Positions 14,876 to 29,075 are shown, counted from the stretch's first letter. The stretch is DNA of 31,762 nt from Eledone cirrhosa (GCA_964016885.1 CAXHJY010001515.1:1-31762), one strand, 5' to 3'. Made by a program: numbers and translations. Notes: generated by a model from the letters alone, not told the origin.

Positions 14876-14919
<44 letters not shown>

Positions 14920-14981
14920 ATATATATATATATATGGATATATATATATATATATATATGGATATATATATATATATATAT

Positions 14982-15049
<68 letters not shown>

Positions 15050-15479
15050 ATATATATATATATATATATATGGATATATATATATATATATATGGATATG
15101 GATATATATATATATATATATGGATATATATATATATATATATATGGATATATATATATATATATATATGGATATATATATATATATATATATATGGATA
15201 TATATATATATATATATATGGATATATATATATATATATATATGGATATATATATATATATATATATGGATATATATATATATATATATATGGATATATA
15301 TATATATATATATATATGGATATATATATATATATATGGATATATATATATATATATATATATGGATATATATATATATATATATATATATATGGATATA
15401 TATATATATATATATGGATATATATATATATATATATGGATATATATATATATATATGGATATATATATATATATATAT

Positions 15480-15565
<86 letters not shown>

Positions 15566-15569
15566 ATAT

Positions 15570-15615
<46 letters not shown>

Positions 15616-15749
15616 ATATGGATATATATATATATATATATATGGATATATATATATATATATATATATGGATATATATATATATATATATATATATATG
15701 GATATATATATATATATATATATATATATGGATATATATATATATATAT

Positions 15750-15785
<36 letters not shown>

Positions 15786-15855
15786 ATATATATATATATA
15801 TATATATATGGATATATATATATATATATATATGGATATATATATATATATATAT

Positions 15856-15889
<34 letters not shown>

Positions 15890-15911
15890 ATATATATATA
15901 TATATATATAT

Positions 15912-16174
<263 letters not shown>

Positions 16175-16209
16175 GATATATATATATGTATGGATATATA
16201 TATATATAT

Positions 16210-16413
<204 letters not shown>

Positions 16414-16439
16414 ATATATATATATATATATATATATAT

Positions 16440-16535
<96 letters not shown>

Positions 16536-16561
16536 ATATATATATATATATATATATATAT

Positions 16562-16631
<70 letters not shown>

Positions 16632-16651
16632 ATATATATATATATATATAT

Positions 16652-16733
<82 letters not shown>

Positions 16734-16755
16734 ATATATATATATATATATATAT

Positions 16756-16941
<186 letters not shown>

Positions 16942-16961
16942 ATATATATATATATATATAT

Positions 16962-17003
<42 letters not shown>

Positions 17004-17201
17004 ATATATATATATATATATGGATATATATATATATATATATATATATATGGATATATATATATATATATATATATGGATATATATATATATATATATA
17101 TGGATATATATATATATATATATATATGGATATATATATATATATATATATGGATATATATATATATATATATATATGGATATATATATATATATATATA
17201 T

Positions 17202-17239
<38 letters not shown>

Positions 17240-17639
17240 ATATATATATATATATATATATGGATATATATATATATATATGGATATATATATATATATA
17301 TATATGGATATATATATATATATATATATGGATATATATATATATATATATGGATATATATATATATATATATGGATATATATATATATATATGGATATA
17401 TATATATGGATATATATATATATATATATGGATATATATATATGGATATATATATATATATATATATATAGATATATATATATATATATATGGATATATA
17501 TATATATATATATATATAGATATATATATATATATATATGGATATATAGATATATATATATATATATATATATGGATATATATAGATATAGATATATATA
17601 GATATAGATATAGATAGATATAGATATATATATAGATAT

Positions 17640-18126
17640 GTTTCTTTATTAGCCACAAAGGCACAAAAGAAGGGTACAAATACAAAGGGGGAAGGTTACA
17701 TACAATAAAAACGTGTAAAATGTTATCACATATGCAATTTAAAAAATTAGTTGATTTTCCCCAATAGGGGGAGACAGTTCATATGGGTAACACATACCCC
17801 CGAAAAAATGCGCAACCCTCATCTCCAGGAGTACGAAGAGTTTGTACTCCTTTCCTCTCCTCCTCCTTTTCCTCAACCTACAGGCTGATATAGAGAGAAG
17901 GCCCATTCACTCGGGCCATTCTCGCCACTTTCACCCACCTTTCATAAAACTTGCTGGGGTACAGCACCTCTCTCTCCATCCTGATTCTTCTTCCAAAGTG
18001 GTATTTGAAAAAAAGAATCAGTTGTTGGCCTGAGAGAAAGGTGTCTGACCTCACCCCTTTCAACCTTCTCCACCATACATCCTCTTTCGCCATAGCTATC
18101 ACACAAAGGAAAACCCGCCTCTCCTT
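17640..18126 (-). mobile_element. Tx1-like LINE 3' fragment, subfamily B
   Basis: Encodes the ORF2 end VFLCVIAMAKEDVWW...WVKVARMARVNGPSLYISL. The 3'UTR diverges from the full-length copy and ends CTAATAAAGAAAC followed by ATATCT/TATC repeats. Confidence 0.85.
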
Positions 18127-18407
18127 ATATAGATAGATAGATAAGTTTCTTTTATTTGCCACTAGGGCATCAAAAGTGGGACAAGTACAAAGGGGGGAGT
18201 TTACACAAAAAGGCGTCCTCAATAAGGAGGAGGCAATAACAAAATATAAAAATAAAATAAGATATAACAAAAAATAAAATTTTTAACAAAATCCTCAATA
18301 GAGAGGAGGCGCCTTGGGGGCTCGCACACACCCCCGAAAAAAGTGTGCAACCCTTCTCCTCAGGAGCACAGAGAAGGGGTGCTCCCTTGGTCTTTCATCT
18401 TCCTCAC

Positions 18408-21400
18408 CTATAGTCTGATGTAGAGTGAAGGCCCATTCACACGGGCCATTCTCGCCACTTTCACCCATCTTTCATAGAAACGGCTGGGGTGCAGCACCTC
18501 TCTCTCCATCCTGATCCTTCTTCCGAAATGATATCGGAAGAAACGGACCAGTTGTTGGCCAGAGAGAAAGGTGTCCGACCTCAGTCCTTTCAGACGCGTC
18601 CACCATACAACCTCTTTCGCCATGGCTATTACGCACAGAAACACCGCCTCTGCTTCATCTTTGAAGGGGGGAGGCGGCTTGATCATTACAATAGACTCGG
18701 TGGTCAACCGGATCGGTCCCACCCTTGACAGCAGTTGTTCGACATAGCCCCACAGATCGGCTACGCCCGAGCAGTGTACCAGTGCGTGTGCAACGGTTTC
18801 CTCGTCGCACACGCATCTGGGACAGATCTTTTTGGCGGGGTCCCTACCCGGCGCCCGTGTCTGTAGAGCCTTTCTCGAACGGGTAAAGCCCCTCGGTAGC
18901 ACTGCCAGGCCAGGGACTTCTGGAAGTTGTCCATAGGTCCCGGGCTGAATGTCCTACCGAACAGGCTGGCCAGTTCGTCCTCCTCCATGTCTAGGGCTTC
19001 TCCGAGGGCGTCGTCGCACCTGCTGCGTACCAGCCCTCTATAGAATGTTGCGGTGGAGTTTCCACTGATAACCGGATCCGCCTGCCAGAGGGCGGTGAGC
19101 GCCTGGGCACACTCAGTGTGCCAGGCGCCCAGTTTTCTCGGTCTTTGCTTGACCCAGGATTGCAGCTCGGTGAGTGAGACGAGTCTGGGAAAGGTTCGTC
19201 TCACAAACGAGGCCCACACCGGTTGTCCGGTGAGGAATACGTAGAGGTGCCGTAGCCTTAATGCGTGTTTACGCATCATTAGCCACGGCATCCCCAGCCC
19301 TCCTTTCGAAGGGTGTTGACAGCAGATGGATCTCCTCACCATAGGAGCCCGCCTCTTCCAAAGGAATTGGAAGAGCGCGCGCTCCATCTTGGTGAGGGTT
19401 TCCCTTGGGCAGGGCACTACGGTCAGGCGGTAGTAGATGACGGACGCTATGTAGGTGTTCGCCACCTCCGCCCGACCTTTCAGGGATAGTTTGCAACTGG
19501 CCCACTTCTGGGTCAGTGCAAACACCCTGTTCGTAACCTCCGCCCAGTTTTTCTCCACCTGGAGGTCCGGTCCGAACCAGACCCCGAGCAACTTCACCGG
19601 GCCCTCCGTCCAGCGTCCGACGACGCCATCGGAGGGCATCGGTCTGCCCCTCCACGTGCCGAGTTGCAAACCGATCGACTTGTCCCGGTTCAGCTTAGCC
19701 CCTGTGAACTTTTCGTACTCCTCCAGTAAGGTGCCGACCGCCTCGATTTCGGAGGCTGTCGACACCATTACTGTCACGTCATCGGCGTAGGCCGACACCG
19801 CTTTCCGCAATCCCGGTTCCAAAGGGATGCCCTGCAACAACTTCCGCAGTAGTGGCTCGAGAGTCAACACATACAGAAGGGAGGAGAGAGGGCACCCTTG
19901 TCGGATGGACCGCGCGATTTTGAACGGCTCCGAGAGGTAGCCGTTCACCTTGACCCTAGAGCAGATGCGGCTGCTGTGCATAGCAGTGATCCAGCCCCTG
20001 AAAACGGGTCCGAAGCCTGCCGCCGCTAGCACCGCATCCAGGTAACCATGGTCGACCCTATCGAACGCCTTAGATTGATCCAAGTTGATCAGAGCCCCAC
20101 CAAAGCCGGGTTCGTTCCCAACCCTCTCTATGATGTATCGCATGAGGTGGAGGTTGTCATGGATGGACCTGGACGGGATAGCGCATGTCTGCGCATCTCC
20201 CACCAGGTTGCCCACGACAAGCGCCAACCTCTTTGCTAGCACCTTGGCCAAAATCTGTAACTCTGTATTTAGCAGTGTTATGGGCCTGAAGTTACTTATT
20301 TCGTCCCCCTTGTTCTCGTCCTTCCTCACTAGCGTGACTACGCCCTTGGTCACAGTACAGGGAATTCTCCCGTTCTGTTGCCAGTTGCAGTAGACCGCCT
20401 CGAGGAGATCGGGGAACAAGTCCGGCATAGCTAGATATAATTCGTAAGGAAGACCATCGAGACCCGGGGATTTGCGTTTGCCGCATTGGCTCAGCACGTC
20501 CTCTATCTCAGCGGCCGAAATCGGCTCCTCGCAGGACTTCGCCTCCCTGTCCGAGAGGCGCGGCAGGCCGTCGAGGTATGGACCGAAGTCCACGTTCCCA
20601 ACCGGCTCCCCGCCCCTCCCGAACAGTCGGGCAAAGTGCCTTTGAAAGGCCTCACACATCTGCTTAGGCTCAAGAATCGCCCGTCCATCCAGGTCTCGCA
20701 AAGACCGGATGGTGGATTTAGTTCCACTGTTGGCCTCTGTCACGCGGGCCCAGCTAACAGCTTTGGTCCCCTCGTTCCCTAGAGCACGTATTTTACTTCG
20801 GACAACGCAGCCTTCGTGCTTCGCGTCGAAAAACTGGCTCAAAGCCGTTCTCGACGCTAGCACTCTGGCCACGTCGCCGCTTCTAATTGCCTCTTCTACT
20901 CTATCTATTAGCTCCCCTTCCTTCCTATTCCTATCCGCAGCTAGAACCTTACTAAATTCTATCGAGACTACTCTAATCTCTCTCTTTAGAGATACCCACC
21001 ACCTGCTGTTGACGATCGCTCCAGTCAACCGTTCCTTAACTAACGTACTAATCCGATTCCTGTAGGCTCTACTTGCCGGCAAGGACAAGTTGAGCTTCCA
21101 GTAACCGGGGCCCTGTCTATGAGTTCTGTCAAGGTTGACCATGCAGGTCACTAATTTGTGGTCTGAATAGTCAACCATGCGCATTTTTGGACAACTTAAA
21201 AAGTCCTTATCCTTAATTCTAACTAAGAACCTATCTAGGTACGACCTAGATGATCCGCTACGATTTGCCCAAGTCCAGGTTGGCGCAGTCGGAAAATCTA
21301 GTCGATATCTATCGGCCAGGTCAAATCGACCGATTAACCCTTTGAGGCTATTACACCCCTCTCTATCAGGGCAGGCCCCTACGTAGTCCCAGCGTGCATC

Positions 21401-21838
21401 TAGGATACCATTCCAGTCCCCCACTAATAGCAAGGAGCGGGACGTCCCTAGAAAAGTCTCCAGACGATGGAAGAAGTCCGGCCGCATTGACCCGAAAGGG
21501 CCGTAGGCGGCTACCAACCTAAACGCTCCGCCTTTACCACTGCCAAGGTCCAGAACCACTAGTCGACCCTCCGGGTCCAAATGTACCATCTGTGTTGCGA
21601 GACCCAGATGTTTTTGCAGCAGAACGACAACTCCACCCCCACCTCCGGGCTGACAGAGAGATGCGTGCATCTCAAAGTCATCAAAGGTGGGGGCCAGCTG
21701 TCGCACGTTGCTGATCCGGGCCTCGCAAATAACCATCACATCTATACGTTGTGACCTGAGGTCATTTAGAAGCATTGCTTGCTTCCAAGTTGAGCCCAGG
21801 CCACGCGCATTTAAACAGCCTACTCTTAGCATAGCCAT
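18408..21838 (-). CDS. LINE ORF2: APE endonuclease, reverse transcriptase and C-terminal CCHC; one frameshift near 18840
   Basis: APE motifs CLNARGL, GDWN, YLDRF, SDH. RT motifs SPGLDG, FRPITLLN, DQSKAFDRVDH, RQGCPLS, YADD, LLGV. CPRC..EETVAHALVHC lies in the 18408-18902 frame. Likely ATG at 21838. Confidence 0.92.
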
Positions 21839-21862
21839 GTTGGTAGTGAAGAGAAAAGGCAC

Positions 21863-23517
21863 TTACCTCTCTGCGTCCCGGGTATCGGGCTGCACAATTT
21901 CCATTAGGGTGGGGGATGGGTTGTTGGGTGGGGTGGTGGTTTGTGGAAGTGTGGGGGCATCAGTGTGTTGTGTGGTTGGGGAGCTTGGAGTTGTGTGGGT
22001 GTTTGGGGAGGGGGTGGGATAGTTTTTTAGGAGGACGCGGTTAATGGGCCCGACGCAGGGGGGACCCACGTCCTCTTTAAAATTGTTTTTTAGAGTTTTA
22101 TAGGTGTCCTGTGGGGCCTTAATCATTTTGAGGTGGGGGAAATCCCCTGCCTGGGTGAAGTTAGGCCCTTGTGTTTTTATTAGATTGTTTTTAGGGGTTT
22201 TTTTCATTTGTGTGTCTGAGGTGTGTTTTCTTTTTTTTCTTTTGATTGTGTGGAAGTGCTCCTCCTCGTCTGACGACGAACTAGGGTCATCTTCCGCGTT
22301 GGAGGGGAGGGGTATATTTTCGGGTTGTGTTTGCGGTACGTTTTGGAAATTGTTTTTGTTTTTTGAGTGGAGGGGATGGGTTGGACATTGTTTTGTTTTG
22401 GTTTGAGCTGTGGTGGTTGTTTTTGTAGTGGTAGTTGTGGTGATTGTGTTGGTTGTGCAGTTGTTGGTGGTGTAGGCAGGATTGGGGTTTTCTTATTAAG
22501 TTGGGGACAGACAGCCCTCAGGTGACCTCTGGTTCCGCAGAGGTAACACGAGGGCCGTCTACCCTCAACGGTAATGTTGATGAAGGTTAGATCATCCAGT
22601 ATGACGCGTTCAGGGATCTGGGCGATCCTTTCGGGCCTCATTTGAACTACAAGTTCGAGGCTCGTTCCACTGAACGCGTCACCCGATGCCTTTCCCATGG
22701 ACACCAGCATGTCATCCTCCAGGTCCAGAAAACCTGTCAAAACCCACCATATGTCCATAATCGGCAGGATGGTGTGGATTTTTATTTTTTGTGTTCTTCT
22801 ACCCATGTACGTAGGGTAGAAGGTGTATGCGGTGGATGTGATTGGTTTGATGGACAGTTTCACTGCTGTGTCCCTGTCCTTCATGAGAATGGATAGACTC
22901 CCGTAGAGTCTATCCTTCTGAATGAAGGTGATGTCCTTCATGACGTCTTTTAAAACCAGCTCTATCTCGCTCTGTGATGGTTGAGCTGGTTTTTTACTTT
23001 TGTTCGAGATTGTCCTAAACATGACCGTGTTTAGGAGTCTCTGGCTTTTTAGTTCCGGGGGGGAATGGATTGTGAATGAACCATTTTCCCCGTACACTAT
23101 ATATTTTTTCGCATCCGCCAGTAGCTCCTTCGCTTTTGTTATATCTACTGGCAGATAGTCGAGGGTTCTCCTTGTCGTCTCGGCGAAGGAGAAATTTTGT
23201 TTGTTTGTGTTGTTGTTGTCGTTGGTGGTGTTGTTGTTATCATTGTTGTTGTTGTCACCGTTATTGGTCTTGTTGTTGTTGTTATTATTGTTATTGGTGT
23301 TGTTTTCGTCCGTCGCATTGTTGTTGTTGTTGCTGTTGCTGCTGGTTCTTTGGGTTGTTGCCATGGCAACGTCAAGTTGTCGGTTAACAGGTGGAGAGAA
23401 TTCTTCCTCTGGCTGACCTATCTTCTTGACCTCTGCTACTGTGACAGTGGCAGGGGGAAGCTGTAAGTTCATCTTCCCCTTTCCTCCTTCGAATTTTGGT
23501 GAAGAAGCTTCGGCCAT
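21863..23517 (-). CDS. LINE ORF1: gag-like nucleic-acid-binding protein with a CCHC knuckle; frameshift near 22350-22400
   Basis: ATG at 23517, a poly-Asn tract, and CYLCGTRGHLRAVC (CX2CX4HX4C). A second frame reads ...EDDPSSSSDEEEHFHTIKRKKRK...MKKTPK...RDAER* and stops at 21863, 24 bp before the ORF2 ATG. Confidence 0.85.
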
Positions 23518-23728
23518 TTAAAAAAATATTGACTTTTCAACAAGAAAAAACTTTTTTTTTAACTATTTCGCCTAAAGGCGTAGAATATTTTGAGAGACTG
23601 ACCAGATCAAAGTTTGACCTGGCAGTCCCTCTACAAAATGGTACAAAAATTCAAGTTATCAGACAAGAATTTCTATAGAAATTTAAACAGAACTTACTCA
23701 GCAAGTTATACGCGTGTGTCCATCCCAG

Positions 23729-23907
23729 AGATAGATAGATATGTTATAGATAGATATATAGATAGATAGATATATATATAGATAGATAGATATATATATA
23801 GATAGATATATATATAGATAGATATATATATATAGATAGATATATATATAGATAGATATATATATATAGATAGATATATATATAGATAGATATATAGATA
23901 GATAGAT

Positions 23908-23952
<45 letters not shown>

Positions 23953-24463
23953 TAGATAGATAGATAGATAGATATATATAGATAGATAGATAGATAGATA
24001 GATATATATATATAGATAGATATATATATATAGATAGATATATATAGATAGATAGATATATATATATAGATAGATATATATATAGATAGATAGATATATA
24101 TATATAGATAGATATATATATATAGATAGATAGATATATATATAGATAGATAGATATATATATATAGATAGATAGATATATATATATAGATAGATATATA
24201 GATAGATATATATAAATATATAGATATATATATAGATATAGATATATATAGATATATATAGATATATATATAGATATATATAGATATATATATATATATA
24301 CAGATAGATAGATATAGATATATATATATATATATACAGATAGATAGATATAGATATATATATATATATATATACAGATAGATAGATATAGATATATATA
24401 TAGATATAGATATATATATAGATAGATATATATATATAGATAGATATATATATATATATATAT
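23729..24463 (+). repeat. (GATA)n/(TA)n compound microsatellite; AG-interrupted arrays also fill the gaps from ~17470 to ~27945
   Basis: Read directly as AGATAGATAGAT(AT)n. Confidence 0.95.
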
Positions 24464-24666
24464 AACGAAGGAAATGTGGTAAGGAACCAGATGGACCATA
24501 ATGCACCAAAGTACTCAATACGTAGGGTAATAGAGTGGGTGATAGGAACGAGTAGGACCCCGACGGCTGAGATCAGGCCGTCTCGACAGCTAATTCTGGA
24601 CTAAAAAAAAAAAGAAAAAAAATTTTTTTTTTATTTTAGTCCAGAATTCATCCTACTCGTTCCTAT
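24464..24666 (-). mobile_element. FB1 mini-element folded at an A-tract/T-tract junction
   Basis: Starts AACGAAGGAAATGTGG as at 6614. Then AATTCTGGACT, an A-tract, a T-tract and AGTCCAGAATT. Ends CCTACTCGTTCCTAT. Confidence 0.75.
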
Positions 24667-24716
24667 ATATATATATATAGATATATATAGATATATAGAT
24701 ATATAGATATAGATAT

Positions 24717-25141
24717 GTTTCTTTTATTTGCCACCAGGGCATCAAAAGTGGGACAAGTACAATGGGTGGAGTTTACAAAATAAGGCGTCCTTAATAAGGA
24801 GGAGGCAATAACAATATATAAAAATAAAATAAAATATAACAAAAAATAAAATTTATAACAAAGTCCTCAATAGAGAGGAGGCGAGGCGCCTTGTGGGGTC
24901 GCACACACCCCCGAAAAAAAGTGTGCAACCCTTCTCCTCAGGAGCACAGAGAAGGGGTGCTCCCTTGGTCTTTCATCTTCCTCACCTATAGTCTGATGTA
25001 GAGTGAAGGCCCATTCACACGGGCCATTCTCGCCACTTTCACCCATCTTTCATAAAAACGGCTGGGGTGCAGCACCTCTCTCTCCATCCTGATCCTTCTT
25101 CCGAAATGATATCGGAAGAAACGGACCAGTTGTTGGCCAGA
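24717..25141 (-). mobile_element. Tx1-like 3' fragment, subfamily A
   Basis: Highly similar to 18145-18563 with the same 3' terminus. Flanked by AGAT/AGATAT repeats. Confidence 0.88.
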
Positions 25142-25187
25142 TAGATATAGATAGATATATATATATAGATATATAGATATAGATAGA

Positions 25188-25302
25188 TTTCTTTATTAGC
25201 CACAGGGGCACAAAAGAAGGGACAAATACAAAGGGGGAAGTTTACATACAATAAAAACGTGTAAAATGTTATCACAGATGGAATTTAAAAGTTAGTCGAT
25301 TT
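25188..25302 (-). mobile_element. Tx1-like 3'UTR tip, subfamily B
   Basis: Similar to 17641-17757. Flanked by AGAT repeats. Confidence 0.8.
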
Positions 25303-25836
25303 ATAGATATAGATAGATATATAGATACATATAGATATAGATAGATATATATAGATAGATAGATATAGATAGATAGATATATATAGATAGATATATATAT
25401 ATATATATATATAGATAGATATATATATATATAGATATAGATAGATATAGATAGATATATATATATATATAGATATAGATAGATATAGATAGATATATAT
25501 ATATATATATAGAGATATAGATAGATATATATATATATATATAGAGATATAGATAGATATATATATATAGATATAGATATATATATATATATAGATATAT
25601 ATATAGATATAGATATATATATATATAGATACATATATATAGATATATATATAGATATATATAGATATAGATATATATAGATATAGATATATATAAAGAT
25701 ATATATATATATAGAGAGAGTGAGATAAATAGATATATATATATATATATATATATATAGATATATATATAGAGAGAGAGACATATATAGAGATGGAGAT
25801 ATATATATATAGATATATATATATAGAGAGATATAT

Positions 25837-26718
25837 ATCATCATCATCATCATCATCATTTTACTTCCGCTTGTCCCTGCTTGCAAGGGTGGGACGGGTC
25901 TTATTCAGCACAGCATCTCTCCACTCGTCACGGTCCTTCGTCATCTCCACCGTGAGCTTCAATGATCTGAGCTCTGTTCTCACCACCTCCGCCCATGTTT
26001 TTCGTGGTCTACCTCTACCACGTCTTCCTTCAACTGGCATTTCCTGACACTTCTTCACCCACCGGTCATCCTCCATGCGCATCACATGTTCATACCACCA
26101 CAGTCTCCTCTCCCGTACACTACATTCTATCCCTCTCAGACACAGTTTCTCTCTCAACACATTTATGCTGTGTCGTTCACACACATTTACACTGCACATC
26201 CAACGGAGTATGCTTGCCTCATTTCTCTCCAGCCATCACATATCCTCTGCAGTTGCTGCCCATATCTCACTACCATGCAGCATCGCGCTCCTCAAACAGG
26301 CATCATACAACCGGCCTTTCGTACGCAGGGAGAAACCCTTCTTCATCAACAGAGGAAGCAGCTCCCTAAACTTCTTCCAACCCGTCCTTATTCTAGATAC
26401 TATGGCCTCGGAACACGCTCCTCCCATGCTAATCTGATCTCCTAGGTACCGGAAGCTATCCACCACTTCTATAGCGCCCTCCTGCATTTGAAAAGTGTGT
26501 CTATCAATGCGACTTCTACTGTCTCATTTCCCTATACATCTACTGGATACATATTTCTCCCTACCTGTTAGTTTGCCTGCTATCCCGCTACATCTCTTGT
26601 GTACCCAGGATCTGCATCGTGTGCATTTTATAGAATTTATGCCAGTTTCTTTTCTGCATATTGAACATGGCCATTTCCCTGACGGAATCAGGGTTTTGTC
26701 CTCTTTTCTACTCATCAT
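25837..26718 (-). mobile_element. Decayed RTE-clade LINE 3' fragment with a PHD-like Cys/His insert and an (ATG)n tail
   Basis: Reads GKWPCSICRK...CTRCRSWVHKRC, EVVDSFRYLGDQI, HGSEIW, RRLWWYEHVMRM and GRPRKTW, with premature stops. The final stop directly abuts the tail. Confidence 0.88.
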
Positions 26719-26787
26719 ATATATATATAGATATATATAGATAGATATATATATATAGATAGATAGATAAGATAGATATATAGATAG

Positions 26788-26812
<25 letters not shown>

Positions 26813-26848
<36 letters not shown>
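26813..26848. repeat. (AG)n microsatellite
   Basis: Read directly. Confidence 0.9.
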
Positions 26849-26850
<2 letters not shown>

Positions 26851-26875
26851 TTTATATATAGATATATATATATAT

Positions 26876-27428
26876 GCTGTGTGCAGGAGAGGCGGATGCG
26901 TTGGTATCGACATGCGATGCGTATGAAGGATGACAGCTGCATAAAAAGGTGCAGAGCACTAGAAGTCGATGGAAACCACGGAGTGGGGAGACCCAAAATG
27001 ACCTAGAATGAGGTGATAGAAGCCGACCTTTCCCAATTATACCTCTCAAAGGCGATGACACACGATCGTGACTTCTGGCGTCACGCAGTAACACAGAGTA
27101 CCCGACCTCCCATGGGTACAAGCTGAAGCATATAGACAATATGCCCCCACACCCTCCCATTGCAAGGTGGTCGTGGAGGTGCCACGGCAAAAAAGCACCC
27201 AGCCCACACTGTAAAGTGGACGTGTAGGCGCCACGAAAAAGCACCCAGCACTCACTGTAAATGAAGTTGGTGTTACGAAGGGCATCCAGCTGTAGAAATC
27301 AAGCCAAATCAGTTCCTGTATGAGCAAGGCATGGTCAGCCCACCAGACACTGCCCACAACAGGACAACCCGTCTAACCCATGCTAGCGTGGAAGAATGGA
27401 CGTAAAACGGTGATGATGATGATGATGA
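26876..27428 (+). mobile_element. Decayed RTE-clade LINE 3' fragment with 3'UTR and (GAT)n tail
   Basis: Manual translation CVQERRMRWYRHAMRMKDDSCIKRCRALEVDGNHGVGRPKMT*...DRDFWRHAV is homologous to ORF 2-316. Tail at ~27410-27428. Confidence 0.85.
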
Positions 27429-27580
27429 TATATATATATATAGATTTATATAGATATATATATAGATATATATATATATAGATATATATGTATATATATA
27501 TATAGATATATATATAGATATATAGATATATATATATATAGATATAGATATATATATATAGATATATATATATATATATA

Positions 27581-27704
27581 TATTGTTATACTTTGGGAGG
27601 GTCATGTTGCCAACATTGGCAACATGACCCTCCCAAAGTATAACAATATCGGTTTCAACACACGATTTCAGATAAACAATCTTGCTAAACAAATTCAGAA
27701 ACGA
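27581..27704 (+). mobile_element. FB2 element: perfect 33-bp hairpin with a 2-nt loop plus a ~55-bp tail
   Basis: 27581-27613 is the exact reverse complement of 27616-27648. The tail TCGGTTTCAACACACG...CAGAAACGA is shared with 10553-10608. Confidence 0.7.
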
Positions 27705-28111
27705 GATATATATATAGATATATAGATATATATATATATATAGATATATATAGATATATATAGATATATATAGATATATATATATATATAGATATAGATA
27801 TATATATAGATATATATATATAGATTTATATATAGATATATATATAGATATATAGATATATATATAGATATATATATAGATATATATATAGATATATATA
27901 TATAGATATATATAGATATATAGATATATATATATAGATATATATGTGTGTGTGAATGAAGTAATTCCGTCGGAAAAATTCAAGGAAAAAAGAGTGCTCT
28001 ATGTAGGTAACATAACTATATATATATATATGTATATGTATATATATGTATATATATGTGTATATGTATATATATGTATATGTATATATATGTATATATA
28101 TATATGTATAT

Positions 28112-28157
<46 letters not shown>

Positions 28158-28201
28158 GTTTATATATATATGTATATATATGTATATATATATATATGTA
28201 T

Positions 28202-28247
<46 letters not shown>

Positions 28248-28296
28248 GTATATATATATATGTATATATATGTATATATATATATATGTATATATA

Positions 28297-28768
28297 ACTT
28301 ACACCTCTCCAAGACAGTGTCACTGGACCGAGACCTTTGGCGGTACTCAGTAAGAGAAGACCCGCCTTACCTAAATACATAGTAAAACCTACTACAGCCA
28401 GTAGGCATCTCTAACAAAATACACCCCCCCCACCCTCCCACCACCCCCACCCCATCCACACCACCCCGTTCTATGTAAAGTTATGTTGGTGCCACACCAT
28501 CCAGGCCGAAACAAATGAGATCGTGTAGGTGTCACGACAAAAAAACACACAGTCCACGCTGTAATTTGGCCATGTAGGCGACACGGTAAAAACCTCCCAG
28601 ACCCACACTGTAAATGTGGTTGGTGTTAGGAAGGGCATCCAACTGTAGAAAACCTGCCAGACAGTCCTATGCGAGCAAGAAAATCACTCTTGCCTCAAGT
28701 GGGACTACCCCCGTCCAAACCCATGCAAGCGTGGAACACGGACGTTAAACGTTGATGATGATGATGAT
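28297..28768 (+). mobile_element. 5'-truncated RTE copy of the same family as 1-716
   Basis: Near-identical to 237-716, including the (GAT)n tail. Confidence 0.88.
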
Positions 28769-28823
28769 ATATATGTATATATATATATATGTATATATAT
28801 ATATGTATATATATATATGGATA

Positions 28824-28856
<33 letters not shown>

Positions 28857-28901
28857 GGATATATATGTATATATATATATGTATATATATGTATATATAC
28901 A

Positions 28902-29016
28902 TCTATCTATCTATCTAAGGCGGGTAAAATTCCCGAGATCCATGGACGAGTTCTCTCCAGCGGTCTCTGTCCCTCATTATCGCTGCCATATCCTGCATCT
29001 CCAACAGACCAGTTGT
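28902..29016 (-). mobile_element. 3' tip of another RTE-like LINE with a (TAGA)n tail
   Basis: Minus strand reads [32 protein letters not shown] followed by TAGATAGATAGA. Confidence 0.65.
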
Positions 29017-29075
29017 ATGTATATATGTATATATATGTATATATATATATGTATATATATATATGTATATGTATG

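Larger units (their letters stand above)
18145..23728 (-). mobile_element. Near-full-length (~5.6 kb) Tx1/L1-clade non-LTR retrotransposon, subfamily A
   Basis: ~210-bp 5'UTR, ORF1, ORF2 and a 3'UTR ending AATAAAAGAAAC. Candidate 13-bp TSD AGATAGATAGATA at 18131-18143 and 23729-23741. Confidence 0.92.

Noticed and set aside
17842-23678. Plus-strand ORFs overlapping the Tx1 element
   Set aside because: Antisense shadows of ORF1 and ORF2 with no recognisable motifs.
27581-27648. miRNA precursor or classical TIR MITE
   Set aside because: The 2-nt loop, one-sided tail and match to the PLE 3' end fit a fold-back retroelement derivative better; a MITE is not fully excluded.
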